The notes under the pieces: model-generated
The model's input: only the letters and a program-made list of their open reading frames with translations
What the model was told of the DNA's origin: nothing
Database searches by the model: none
In this document: one piece after another, positions 35,623 to 47,545 of the stretch
Position numbering within the stretch: the stretch's first letter is position 1
Layout of the letters: every line of letters begins with the position of its first letter
Program-made: the position numbers and the translations under genes
NCBI GenBank assembly: GCA_050084515.1
Contig: CM114271.1
Coordinates: 868,001-932,000 of the forward strand
DNA from: Blasia pusilla
Lineage: Eukaryota
Direction of reading: 5' to 3'
DNA length: 64,000 nucleotides

Positions 35623-38600
35623 TGACCAATATGATGCCCAATTTTATATATGATTTTTTTTTAAATATTTCATTACTAAATCTTGTCCATAACTACTCAT
35701 GTTTTCCTTGCTTCTTGCCCTTGATTTGGCAATTGGCTCAAAGGTTTCAAACTTTGCTTGTCTTGCCTTTGTCTCAGCAAGTAGCTACCCCTCTTTCTCA
35801 CCTAAGCCTAATCATAAGACACGTGCGCATCTCGCCCACTGTTAGTCTCACGGTTGGTTTCGCCGCCCTTCCTACTCTCGCGACTAGCTAATTTAGGTTT
35901 TGATTTTTGTGGGTCACACCAAGGTTTTTCATGCTTGGAACCATGATCCTGACCCGATTCCCAAGTGCTCGATAGCATGGGCGTTATAAACTTAGCCATC
36001 CACGACATCATATCTACACTATATATATCACCAATCTTCCCAAAATATTGGTAGATCCACACGCAAAAATATATACTCACACATGTATACCAAGACAACG
36101 CAAAACAAATGAACTAAAAATCATATGGCCAAATCATCCTCAAGTATATATTGGCATATTGAGTGATATCCATCCTTTATCATGAGGGAATCCAAACTCT
36201 AACACGATAACACTTTAGCTCCAACCAAACCCTAGCAATAGAGGTGCTCCAAAGACTCAACATGAGAAAGATGGTTGGAGAAAGTCATTTCTCCCTCTCG
36301 TCTACCCTTGGGAAGAGCCAAAAGAGCTCTTTAAAAAAAAAAAGCTCAAACTAGCAACATGCGCACAAAAATTATTGAGTGACCTTTGACTTGACTAGTG
36401 GATCATATGGCCCAAATAGTGAAAAAGAAGAATTGTGCTAGACAAAAATCTCAATGCGATAGAGACGTTCAACCTCATTCGACATCTTGAGACGAAGTTA
36501 TATTTGAACATCCCGTTGGTCCTCTACACTGTTGACACGATAGAACCCTACTTATAAGCTAACTAAGATGTGACAATACACTCATATCCCCATTACCAAA
36601 ATTTTATTTTTTGGATATTATATAACTATCTATCTACTTTTAGAAAAAGTACAATTTCTATTCTTAAAAAAAGTGCGATCTTTAAAAATATTTAAACTCT
36701 ATAATAGTCTAGAGACACTTCACCATTTTATAAAAATGATTCTTATTCTACAATATTCCTTAGAAATTAAAATAAAATCATTTCTTTTAGTTAGATTATA
36801 TAAGAAATAATTATGTTCTCCATTCATAGACATCCATGTATAATTCATCTTATTTTCTTTCCACAAAAGCTAATATAAAACTCACATTTCCTCTTTGGAA
36901 AGAACATCATTTCTTTTGACAGAGTTGCTATCTTTCCCCAATTAAAAGTGATTAATATTGATACTATCAAAATACTGATGAAAAACATTATTCAAAGTAT
37001 TGGTATTCTATCAAAACATATTTAGTTTATATAATGGTAGATACCTCTCTATCATTTTATCTATTATATCTATTATTCTTCTCTTTATTGTAAAATAAAT
37101 CCATCATTCCATTATGAGATGAGCATTCAATTCTTTCAGCAATTCCTTTCAACTTCTTGTAACCTTCCTCCTCATTCCTTAATTATAACGTACGTAAGAT
37201 ACATCATAACTCAATAATTATGGTGGACTATCTCCAACATCCATATCTATACTATTAATAGAGGGAAAGTTCTTCATTTGCAAGAGCTTACTTGCTTGAA
37301 ACACAATAGTGGGGCAACAAGAAAATGGTTTCACAAATATGGCAATAATTGATCTATTTTAGATTATTAAGAGATGAACGTTTCTTGTTTTTCTAAAGCC
37401 TCTTTGCTTGATAAACAACAAGAAAATATTTTCATAATAGGAGGAAAAAAGAAAGTTAGCTTAGAGATAATTTCGCAACCCTCATAACCAAACACATGCT
37501 AATAGGGAATATTATAACTCTAGGCTCACACTAGGATGGAAGCGTGTCGAAATCTCACGAATGAGAAATGAGTTGCAGATGCAAGACGTAAGCTTTGAGG
37601 GGCGTCTTAAATGATGAAGGTTATGACTTGGTTGAACAAGACTAGACGACAAGCAAGACTTAAGAAGAGCTTAAGTCCCATAAGATTTGGCCGCCAAGGA
37701 GACTACAACCTGACTTGGAACTTGATTTAGCGTTTTGGGGTTCTCGATGTTTGAGTTCACAACGGGAGGATCCAAGATGTATTTGGGATAACTAAATTGG
37801 CATTGGAAAGCTCGTGAGAAGATGATTCTAACGTACTAAATATGTAAAACAAACGCATGAGCAGAGATCTAGAAACCAACCCAAGCTATCATAACGATAG
37901 TTGGGTTGAGGGCCACAAGGTGCAAGTCAAGAGGACTTTCCTAAAATTATATGTAAGGGGAAGGGTCTCCAAGGATGTTGGGAACTTGAATCCCACCTTG
38001 GAAACTATAAGGATGAACCAAGGGCAAAAGATGGATTGAGAGATTGGCTTTGAGGTTTGGACACCAACCTTGGACGTTGATCTGTGACTCATATATCAAG
38101 TTCAGGTTAGAGACTCGTCTTAGGTCCATTGGGCAGTTGGGATTGCTAGGCGCACAAACATCGTTTTAATTTCATAGACTATTAAGGAAGTATATCCCAA
38201 GTCTTGAAGGGCTTTCATGTATTGTGGAGTGAAGGTTTGGGTTGGTATCCGACCTCGTCTAGATCGGTTGAGCTTGAAGGATGGCTCTAGACTAAGACTT
38301 CGGAAACACAAGGATGGTTAATCTAAAATGTGGCTTATATGAATGTGTTTGGGAGCAGATAAATAAGGAGAGTTTTTCAAAAACTTATTGAATATTCAAT
38401 CATGAATTTTCCATTGGACATCCCATCATTGACATGAAACCTATTTTCTTACCTATATGTAGATAATAAACATATAAACTCAATAATGGAATATTAGAAA
38501 AATTATATAACATTGAAAATTCCATAAATTTTCTTAAAATTTTGACAAAAATTGCATACCAAATATTTCGGTAAACCTTGATAATATGACTATCCAATAT

Positions 38601-38669
38601 ATGCATAACACAAACTTTATGAGAAACAAAAATATGAACAAATCATGCAATTCAAAACAAATCCTCTAT

Positions 38670-38797
38670 AATGCGCATATACATCGCTACACAACATACA
38701 TGGTTGTCACCATCCATACATATATAAAAACAAGATACTGTACTCTCACACGATATCTACACATATAAATAATTATTTACCAAAATATCTCCAATAA
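38670..38797 (-). repeat. Decayed fragment of the same LTR (3' part)
   Basis: TGCGCATATACATCGCTACACAACATACAT..GTCACC and TACCAAAATATCTCCAATAA are reverse complements of the LTR 3' end. Confidence 0.65.
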
Positions 38798-41345
38798 TCT
38801 AGCCAATAATCTAAGAGCATAACAAAGCTAAACCCTAATAACTCATTCGACCTCTAAGTCCGAGGAAAAATTAGGATACAAGGGACCATTGAGATAACCT
38901 ATACTATCAGAGGAATGGGTTTCAAATGGCGACACAAGAGAGTTTACCACATGGCATGAGCATTCAAGTAGGGGACATTCAAGTAGCAGAACGGGACATT
39001 CAAGGTTACGGACCATAGAGTAGACCCGGAATGGGGTGTTTAGGGTTAGGGACCGTGGAATGGTTCGTGCATCGCACGATCGCCTCACGGGTCCTAACTA
39101 GTGGTGTGAAAGAAAGAACAAAATGTCGAACATCTAACGAAATTTTTGGATAGAATTCTATTATTATGGAATCACACCATATATGACTAACTTACCATCT
39201 TTATAGCCCAAATTACATTACTTTTTTTTGGATGAAGGACATGAATTCATCCACACGAGTGAAATAACCATCTTGAGCTTTATGATGGATATATACTTCA
39301 ATAAATATATATGTAGGGATCTCCTCTTCATACATCTCGTACCATCTCCATGAGGTTGCTACACTAGTTGATGTAAGTGGATCAAAATGAAAAAAAAATG
39401 AAACAACAACATAAGGAAGCAAAAGGTATTCATCTTCTTTGAGAAACTATTGATGAAAAACTCTTGGACGAACAAGAACTATGACTTGTGTGAACTAGGA
39501 TTCAGTTATTGTTCCTAAAATTCATATCATATATTGTGTAAAAAGCAAAATAACCAATAAAATATTGAACTTAATGTAAGTTGTTTAGAGATATGACCAC
39601 CTGGGTCCAAGGATCATACAATGATTTTACTGAATGAACTAAATCTAAACTGAAAATGAACTCATGACAACATACCTATAACCAAATTTCGAGTTGAGAT
39701 TATGGGGAGAGGGTTTAGTTGGCCATGGAGTTTTTAGAGCGTGTTGCACCATATTCCTTGACTTCCATACATCATGTGATGATAACATTGTTATTTGCCC
39801 GGTACCTATCGGGCTACCTTTTGTGACATTGAAAACAAACCATTCAACCAATCCTAGGAAACGAATTTAAACTTCCATTTATGATAATATGAAAGTCATA
39901 TCATAACCCTAGTAACAACAAAATAACCATACCATTTCAAGTATCCCAAAGAACTTGATTTGCCTACGTCTATAGACTTTCCCCCTCCTCCCACTGAGGG
40001 TATGCCCATGGTATACAAAAAGCAAATTACAAAATTTCAAAATAGTGGAGGACCCCTTTAATTGCCCACTTTATCATTTGTCTATCCTCATATAAAGGAT
40101 GCATGATGAGATCAGATTTTTTTTTAAATGTGTTGAACTTTTTTTTCGCCTCGTTTGCATCTAAGCATATCCTACTCTTTACTACATTCTATGTGACTTC
40201 CACAACGTAATGAGTAATGCCAAGCTCATTTCTATTTGCATTCATGACAATAGCTCAACAAAGTCGACTTAACAATCGAGAGAAGTTATGGATGGCTACC
40301 TCCCTCAAAGTATGGGGGATCTATATTCTCATCCACAAGATGTCTTGAACTTGGAGTGTTGTTGCAAGCATGTCATATTGCTACATTCCAATCGTTGAAG
40401 TATCTCAAATTTGGTATGATTGATATGAGAATATGACACTTTTTATCATTCCAGGAAAATCACAAGAGTGTCGCGTGCAAGTCCAACATGACACTTCCTT
40501 CCCCACACGTGATTACAAGAGTTGCACGAGTGCTTCATCAATCAATCCCACCATCCCAACCTGTAGAGCCCAAAGTAAGAAGAGTCGGCTTCGATACGGG
40601 AGAAACCAATGGCCTATCTACATCTCCAAGGTTATCTCCATCTGCACTACATCCTTGGGTCGCCTCATTCTCCATCTACTATTCTCATCATGTAGACACA
40701 CACATCCCTTGAGGAGATCAACAAGATGAGGTAAGTCTAAATTTCCCAACTTTCAGATTCAATTCCCTTTCTCCACATTTGAACTAGTTTAACCCCACAT
40801 CATCATTGAGATGAAGTTCACAAAAGCCCATAATTCAAGAGCAATGATTGACATTCTCCTCATGTACACATATTGGCCCTAATGAGATCATGGAGATGAG
40901 ACGAACCACTTGAAAGCCAGCTGCAACTCTCCCCATGCAAACACACACACCCCAATGAGATTATTGAGGTGCGAAAACCCACACCCTGACTTCGATGCCA
41001 GTTGCCGTTATCCTCATGTAGAGGTGCACAAACAAGGTGAACCAAACCCTAAATCAAGGGCTTTCAACCATTTTCCCATTTAGACAAGCATAACCTAAAG
41101 CAATTGTTGTCAAGGTGAGTTAACCCAAACGCCGAATTGAAAAGTCACCCGCCATCTTTCGAAACCCCCATAAAAATCAGTGAGTCAAACCCTATATTGC
41201 CATTCTTTTCCCTAATGAGATGAGTGAGCTAAGCTAAGCCAAGCCCTGCCCTAAACCGTGGACCCCATTCTCCCCGTGTACACTTGTCCGCTTCAGAAAG
41301 ATGAGGAGCCCAACCCTAATATGAAAGCCAGAGATGCAGTTTCTA

Positions 41346-44300
41346 CTACTTCTTGGACGGCGCCTTCTTGCCGCCGAGCTTGCTGACGGCGGCGCACAGA
41401 CGGCACGGGAGCGTGTCCAGACTGACGGCGCGCGTGTGGTTGTAGTTACCCAGAGCGCCGCAACGCCGCCACGCGTGGTACTCTGCGTACTCCACGGGGC
41501 TGTCTGCGAGGCGCTTGACGTAGTTGGCGAGGTCCTCCATGGACGTGAAGTCGGAGCCCAAGATGATGGATTTGGGCGGCACCAAGTCCAGGACGTTGGG
41601 GGCGCCGAAGTAGATGGGGACAGAGCCCACGTCCAGCGCGTAGAACAGCTTCTCAGTCACGTAGCTTTCCGTGAGCGTGTTCTCTATGGCGAGGACGAAC
41701 TTGTAGTGGGACATGGCGCAGTGCAGGCTCTGGCTCCAGCTCCTGCCGCCGCCGCCCTCTCTGCATCTGGGGTACATGTCCAGCATGGCGTCCTGCCCGC
41801 CCACGTTGTTCAGGCACTTGCCGAACGAATGGTGGGGGAGCAGAGGGAGGAGGCTGCGCGCGGTTTCCTGTCGCTCCTTGAGGCAGCGCGATGAAGACCA
41901 GTATACCAGGATCTCCTGCAAGAAAAAGAGAGAGAGAGAGAGTGCCACACACACCACGCGAGTTCAGGCTTTCAGGATCCATGAATTCCACCACAACCCT
42001 CCTGGAAGTAAGTCTACAGACAAGTCCAGGCTTCGAGAACTCGTGAGTTTCTAGCTATCTACAATGCAAGTCTGCCTGCGGCAAGAGGTTTTCTCGTAAG
42101 CTCAGGCTTTGAGGAGTCGTGAATTCCTGGCTGCACTGCAGGTCTGCCTACGGCAAGAGGTTTCCTCGCAGGCTCAAGCTTTGAGGACTGATCGATCCCT
42201 CACCATAGTTGAAGTAGGTATCCAGGCAGCTTCAGGCTTTGAGGACGCTAATGCAAGTGAATCTCCACACGAGCTCAGGCTTTGAGGACCCTAATGCAAG
42301 TGAATCTCCGTACAAGCTCAGGCTTTGAGGAGCCTATGGGAGTGAGTCTCAACACAAGTTTCAGGCTTTGAGAGCTCTTGAATCCTTGACCCTAATGCAC
42401 TTACGCATCCACACGAGTTTATCTTGTGGGGACTCGGGAATCCCGATTCTAGTTCCGATCCCATACAAGTTCAGGCAAGAGGTCCCATGAATCCAGACAA
42501 CCGAGTCTCCTGACGAGTTCAAGCCACGAGGATTCATAGCTCCATGACCCTCATGCAAGTCAGTCGTCATCCACGTTCAGGCCTTGAGGACCCTAATGCG
42601 AGTAAGTCTCAACACAAGGTCAGGCTTTACCCGTAAATCCCTGGCCCTCTGAGGGTAGGTCTCCACTCCTAGTTCAGTCTGGAGGACAAATGAATCTGGA
42701 CGGCGTGGTGGTTCGGGCATCTTGGGCAAACACCGAGTGTGTGACACACTCGGTGTATCCCCAGCTAACAACGAATATAGTTGAGAAATCTCAGCACAGA
42801 TACAGGCTCAATGTGTATGCAGTTGTGTACAATTTGTAATCTCAGCACAAGTACGATTGAAGGGTTCCCCCATCATTTTTTTCTTCAATTTGTCTTTTAA
42901 CTTTTGTGTAATGACTGTTAGGGAGGTTTCCTGATCTGCAACACACTTATTCCAATAAAAAGCAGGTTTTTTTGGGGGTTTATATTTTGGAGCAGTGCAC
43001 ACATGAACTTGGGAGAAATCAAGACTAGACTTTGGGGTAAGAAATGCATGACACTGAGAAAGCACAAGCTGTGACAAATGCACGTACAGGATTTTTCTCT
43101 GTGGAAATGTAGTGATTGCGGTTCATGTGAAAGAAGCTTCCTGCATAAGTCACTTGCAAATCATCCTTGGCGTGATAGCTGACAAAAATATCCTGCGAAG
43201 CTCGAAGTTTTGCTGGTTCCAAATCCATGAAGACCCTCAGAGGATCCCCCACACTCCTCTGTTTGCAGCACAACAAAACATTGTATTAGATGACACATCT
43301 CCTCCCTCAGAGCCTCTCAGAACCATCGACCATGACTAGCTATGGTGATCATACCCTGCTACATTTCAAGGTGCATTCCCACTGCTCGATCTCTGCTGCT
43401 TCAGGAACGAAAACAAGGAATTCAAAATCTACTGTTCAATAGGGTGCCACTACCTTGTGATTTGGAGCATTACACATGGTCATAATCAGGTTTCATCTAA
43501 CCACCTGGTCCCTTTGGTATGCCGCATCCTAATCTAATGCAATCAGATCATCAGAATTAGAGGACAAATTTTCAGAGTGGTTTCACTATTTATGACCTGG
43601 TTCATGAGGGCAAGGATTGGTTCTCGCGAGGACAACCTGGTCCATGGAGGCAGGACCTTACCGTCAAGAATGAATGATGGATTTTTGCTGACAGATTTTA
43701 ATTCAGTGCTATGGCACAGATGTGCAATTTACCTGCAGGACAGTCCAGTGCATGGGACCATGACCTTCTCCTGCATAGTGCACACACAGAGAAACTGTGC
43801 TCATTAAGTAGTGTCTGTCTTAGCCTTGTGACTATGGACTCTGGACCTGTGCTAGAGACTGGGATGGGTGCACAGAGGAAGAAGAGAAGAAAGTGCCATA
43901 TGATAGGACGGAAACTCTCTCATGTAGTGTGAGTGCTAGGTACACAAAGTGTTGGTGCAGAGTTTCTGAGTATCAACCAAGAAGCACTTTACCACATTAT
44001 CTACCTTACCTGATTGGGATCCCCTATACCCGATACTTACCAGTGCAGCACCTTTGGTAATCTATGCTACTGAACATGTTCAACAGTCCTTGTGCTATCA
44101 GCGTAGCAATGAACATGTTAACTGTACTCCTTAACTAGTGCCTGTCATAGACTTGTGACCAGAGACCCTGCACCCTGGTAAGCCAGTGCCAGGCACTGGG
44201 ATGGGCGTGGGCGTCGGAAGAGGAAGAAGTGAAGAGAGTATCATGTCAGAGGAGGGAGCCAACACTCTGTATGGTCAGCACTCATAGAGTGCGAGCGCTG

Positions 44301-47300
44301 ACTATACAGAGTGTTGGTTCAGAGCTTCCAAGTTTTGACTAAGAAGCTCTTTACTACACAATCTACCTTCCCTGATTGGGATCCCCTATACATTTTTCTT
44401 CCCAGTGACTGCTGCATATGTTGAAGATTGGTGTAAGCTATTGCTATGTTGTGAACTTTGCACAGGTGGTCAGGTAGTGACCATAGAATTCATCCCCATC
44501 ATCTCGCAGAGAGCAGGACTTTAGTTCTGTTCCCGTCCTACTTTTTTTCTGGTTCAAGGGGGTTGCCCCTATCCTGAACTTGAACTCAAGCCGGGTTCCT
44601 AAACAACAGGCTCCTCACAGATAGTTCTTCAGTTCTGCTTGTTCAGGATTTACAGTCAAGAGAAAAGGTTTTGATATTTTTCATGGCTTCCAAAATACTG
44701 TTTACCTGTTAGAGTTTCTCCCCTGCTTTGGTTTCTCCTCTTGCTCCGCAGTTTGGGCCCTGTAGCCTGAACGTGTGAAGGGTGAGACTGTTGATGCCTC
44801 TCGTAGCCTTGCATTAAGCTGTGCCTGACGTATTATGGGCGGGATGCAGCTCCAAGACTTCCCAGGTGGTCACCCATCCCGGTACTATTGCAGCCCAAGA
44901 GTGCATAAGTGCGGACTTTAGATGGGATCACCTGTGTTAGCCCTGGCATGACCGCATCACCTAATGAGACTGTACTGATTAAGTAGTGCCTGTAGTAGCC
45001 TTGCGACCATAGACCCTGGGCCCTGGTTGGGCGGTGCTAGAGACTGGGATGGGTGTCGAGAGAGGAAGAGGTGATGAAGGTACCATATGAGAGGAGGGAG
45101 AAATCCTCCTATAGTGTGAGTGCTGACCATACAAAGTGTTCCTGCGAAGCGTCCGAGTGCCAACCAGGAAGCTCCTTACACCACCAACCTCGTTAATTGA
45201 GTGGGATTCCCTCTACACCTTACTTAACCAGTACAGCAGCTTTTGGGCAGTGAATCTAGACCACTGAATGTGTTGAACAGTTGTGGTGTTACCAGCTTAG
45301 CAGAATCAGGATATGCTCTTGCTCTATATTATGAATTTTGGGCAGGAGACCAAGTAGTGACGAAAGGTTTTATCCCCATCATCACACAAGGTGCAAGAAT
45401 TAAGGTGTGTTCCCATCCTGCTTTTCTTGTGGTTCAAGAGGATTGCCTCAGTCCTGAACTTGAACTTAAGCTTGGTTTAAGCAAGGGGTACCCTGCCAAT
45501 AGTTCTTCAGTTGTGCTTGTTCAGGATATACAGTCAACAGAGAGAGGTCGGTATCCACAAATTGTTTCTCATCTTGCTTAGGGCCTTGAAGGGAGCTTGG
45601 TTGCTTGCACAATCCTTCAAACTTTTCCATCCAAGATTTGGCCTGTTTTTTACTGTCCTTTGGGTCGAAATTTTCCCCATCACCACTTTAGGATATTGAT
45701 GGGAATCCATTGCCTCCGGTTGCCACTGCCATTTCAACTTGGCGATGTCATGTTCTATCCTCTATGGGGTTCCACTCCAAGTTCTGATCTCACATCGACT
45801 CTGGCCGTTTGTGAGGAAGCTAACATTATACCCCAAAACGCTTTCAGCTGAACAGCTTCAAGAGAGAAATTCTCTTTGAGGAATCAAACCCTCCCAAACT
45901 GTACCGTCATGCTGACTGCCTAGAATCTCCTGTTTTCAGAGAGGGTGACTGTCAACTCTTAGTCGCTCTAATGGAGACGAATTACTTCATTGATGCTGGA
46001 ACTGAATCGTGGCTGGCGTATGCTCTTGCCTCTCTAACCACTGCAAATTCTATTCTAGGGGTGGGTGGGTTATCGACAGTCCACTTTTGGCAAATGTTCA
46101 ACAGCTTGGAAGTTAGAAGCTGAAGTCTTTCTAGAAATTGGCGAATCCAAATTGGGAAAGGTGGACTGGGCTCCTGACGGATAAAATCGTTAATCCTGCA
46201 AGACCATTCTACTCAAATTTGAACATTTTGAAGAGTCAAAACCTGAAGTGACTCTAGAAATTGGCGAATCCACATTGCAGGGGAGCAGTGAGCCCCTGAG
46301 GAAAATCAAACCCCTAATCCTTGGAGACCGTGCTACCAGCATCGCATTCAACCACCAATGGCGGCGAAAGGTTTGGGATCAGGCTCACGGCATATGTTCA
46401 GCATCTTGGAAAGTCAGAGGCTGAAGTCTCTCAAGAGATTGGCGATTCCGAATTGCGGAGGTGCAGTGAGCCCCTGAAGACAATCCAATCCCTAATGCTC
46501 GGAGACCGTGCTACCAGCATCGTACTCCCCTACCGACAGCAGCGAAAGGTTTGGCATCAGACTCATGGCACAAATTCAATTGACATCGTGGAACTGCCGT
46601 CTCCCCAGACACGGGCGTTTAAATCCAAACTGCGGAGGCGCAGACCGTGCAGTGAGTCCTGGGAAGAAATTAGATCCCCCAATCCTCGAAGACCGTGCTA
46701 CCTATATCGCGGAGCTGAAGTTTCTTTAGACATGGGCGAATCCAAATTGCGTTTGGTGCAGTGAGCCACGGGAAGAGCATTAAAGCCCCTAATCCTCGAA
46801 GACCGTGCTACAAGTACCGACAACAGCGGAAGGCTTCCTCGTTCTCCGTGCACCAGACGCAATCATCCCTCCCATCCATGGAAGCCCTAAATGGCGATTC
46901 CTCGATTGCTGCAGCGCATGTGACCTACGTGCCTCACACAGATGGACAACAAATTGCAAGCAGAGGAGAGCTAATGCCGTTGATTCCACATACCTTTTCC
47001 GGGGGTTTGTACAGCTCGTAGAAATGAGCATCAGGGTCGTCAGCAATCACCGGGGATTTTGTCCACAAGCACGTCAAACCACAGCTACAGGCGTAGAGAT
47101 TGTTCAAGGAATCCGGTATCCATGTATGCTCCTTCACGAGCACGGAAACATGGTGCTGCTTCAAATGGGCGCATGGCACACGATTCGCATTCTGCAGGAA
47201 TGTGGAGCGATTGGAGGGCGCAAGCTTCTCTCTGAAAGTCGCACAACCGACTTGATCATCCCACTGCCTAAACGCTTGTACGATTGAAGTGAACGACGGT

Positions 47301-47545
47301 TGGACAGTGACGACAGGATCGGAATCTGTCACCTCCTCCTCCGTTTTTGCTTCCCCCTCCTGTTCCTTTTCGAACCAGACTGCGACGGATCTCGCCGGAT
47401 TGACGAACGCCTGAGGATGGAGGTCTATGCGCGGGCCGAGCATGAAAGTCGCGCTCAAAAAAAACATGACGAAGCAGAAGCACAGGATCTGCACATTGGA
47501 GACTAGCGACAGACATGGGACTCGTTTCGCATAAGGCTGCTTCAT
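41346..47545 (-). CDS. FUT13: Alpha-(1,4)-fucosyltransferase, GT10 family (about 430 aa); exons 47545-46994, 43258-43088, 41915-41346
   Basis: N-terminal TM helix, TWIPDSLNNLYACSCGLTCLWTKS, GDPLRVFMDLE, DIFVSYHAKDD, VYWSSSRC, GT10 motif YKFVLAIENT..YVTEKLFYAL..VPIYFG, YHAWRRCG..SLDTLPCRLC. Two phase-0 GT-AG introns. Confidence 0.93.
41960..42640. repeat. Irregular tandem repeat in FUT13 intron 2 (core about 43 bp)
   Basis: TCAGGCTTTGAGGA(C)CCTAATGCAAGTGAATCTCC recurs, with more than 10 TCAGGCTTT-like anchors. Confidence 0.8.
43790..45560. repeat. Three diverged copies of a 300-600 bp unit in FUT13 intron 1
   Basis: TAAGTAGTG..AGCCTTG(T/C)GAC..ACTGGGATGGG..GTGTGAGTGCT..GGGATCCCCTATAC starts near 43805, 44133 and 44980. 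Confidence 0.75.
44842..44958 (-). pseudogene. Full-length diverged 5S rRNA pseudogene in FUT13 intron 1
   Basis: Minus strand GATGCGGTCATGCCAGGGCTAACACAGGTGATCCCATC..AATAGTACCGGGATGGGTGACCACCTGGGAAGTCTTGGAGCTGCATCC follows the plant 5S consensus with many substitutions and has no oligo-T terminator. Confidence 0.88.
46110..46830. repeat. Diverged tandem repeat (about 5-6 copies) at the 5' end of FUT13 intron 1
   Basis: GAAGT..CTAGAAATTGGCGAATCCAAATTG..GCAGTGAGCCCCTGA..CCCTAATCCTCGAAGACCGTGCTA recurs at 120-180 bp spacing. Confidence 0.75.

Noticed and set aside
37500-41050. Possible old LTR-element remnants (also about 48900-50700 and 54200-55300)
   Set aside because: Composition suggests decayed TEs, but I could not identify diagnostic motifs or boundaries by eye.
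41334-41894. 186-aa plus-strand ORF
   Set aside because: Antisense shadow of GC-rich FUT13 exon 3.
44842-44958. Functional 5S rRNA gene or Cassandra TRIM
   Set aside because: Many substitutions, no T-run terminator, not in an array, and no paired LTRs or PBS around it.
46321-47287. Plus-strand ORFs of 147 and 160 aa
   Set aside because: Arise from the intronic tandem repeat and the antisense of FUT13 exon 1; no recognisable domain.
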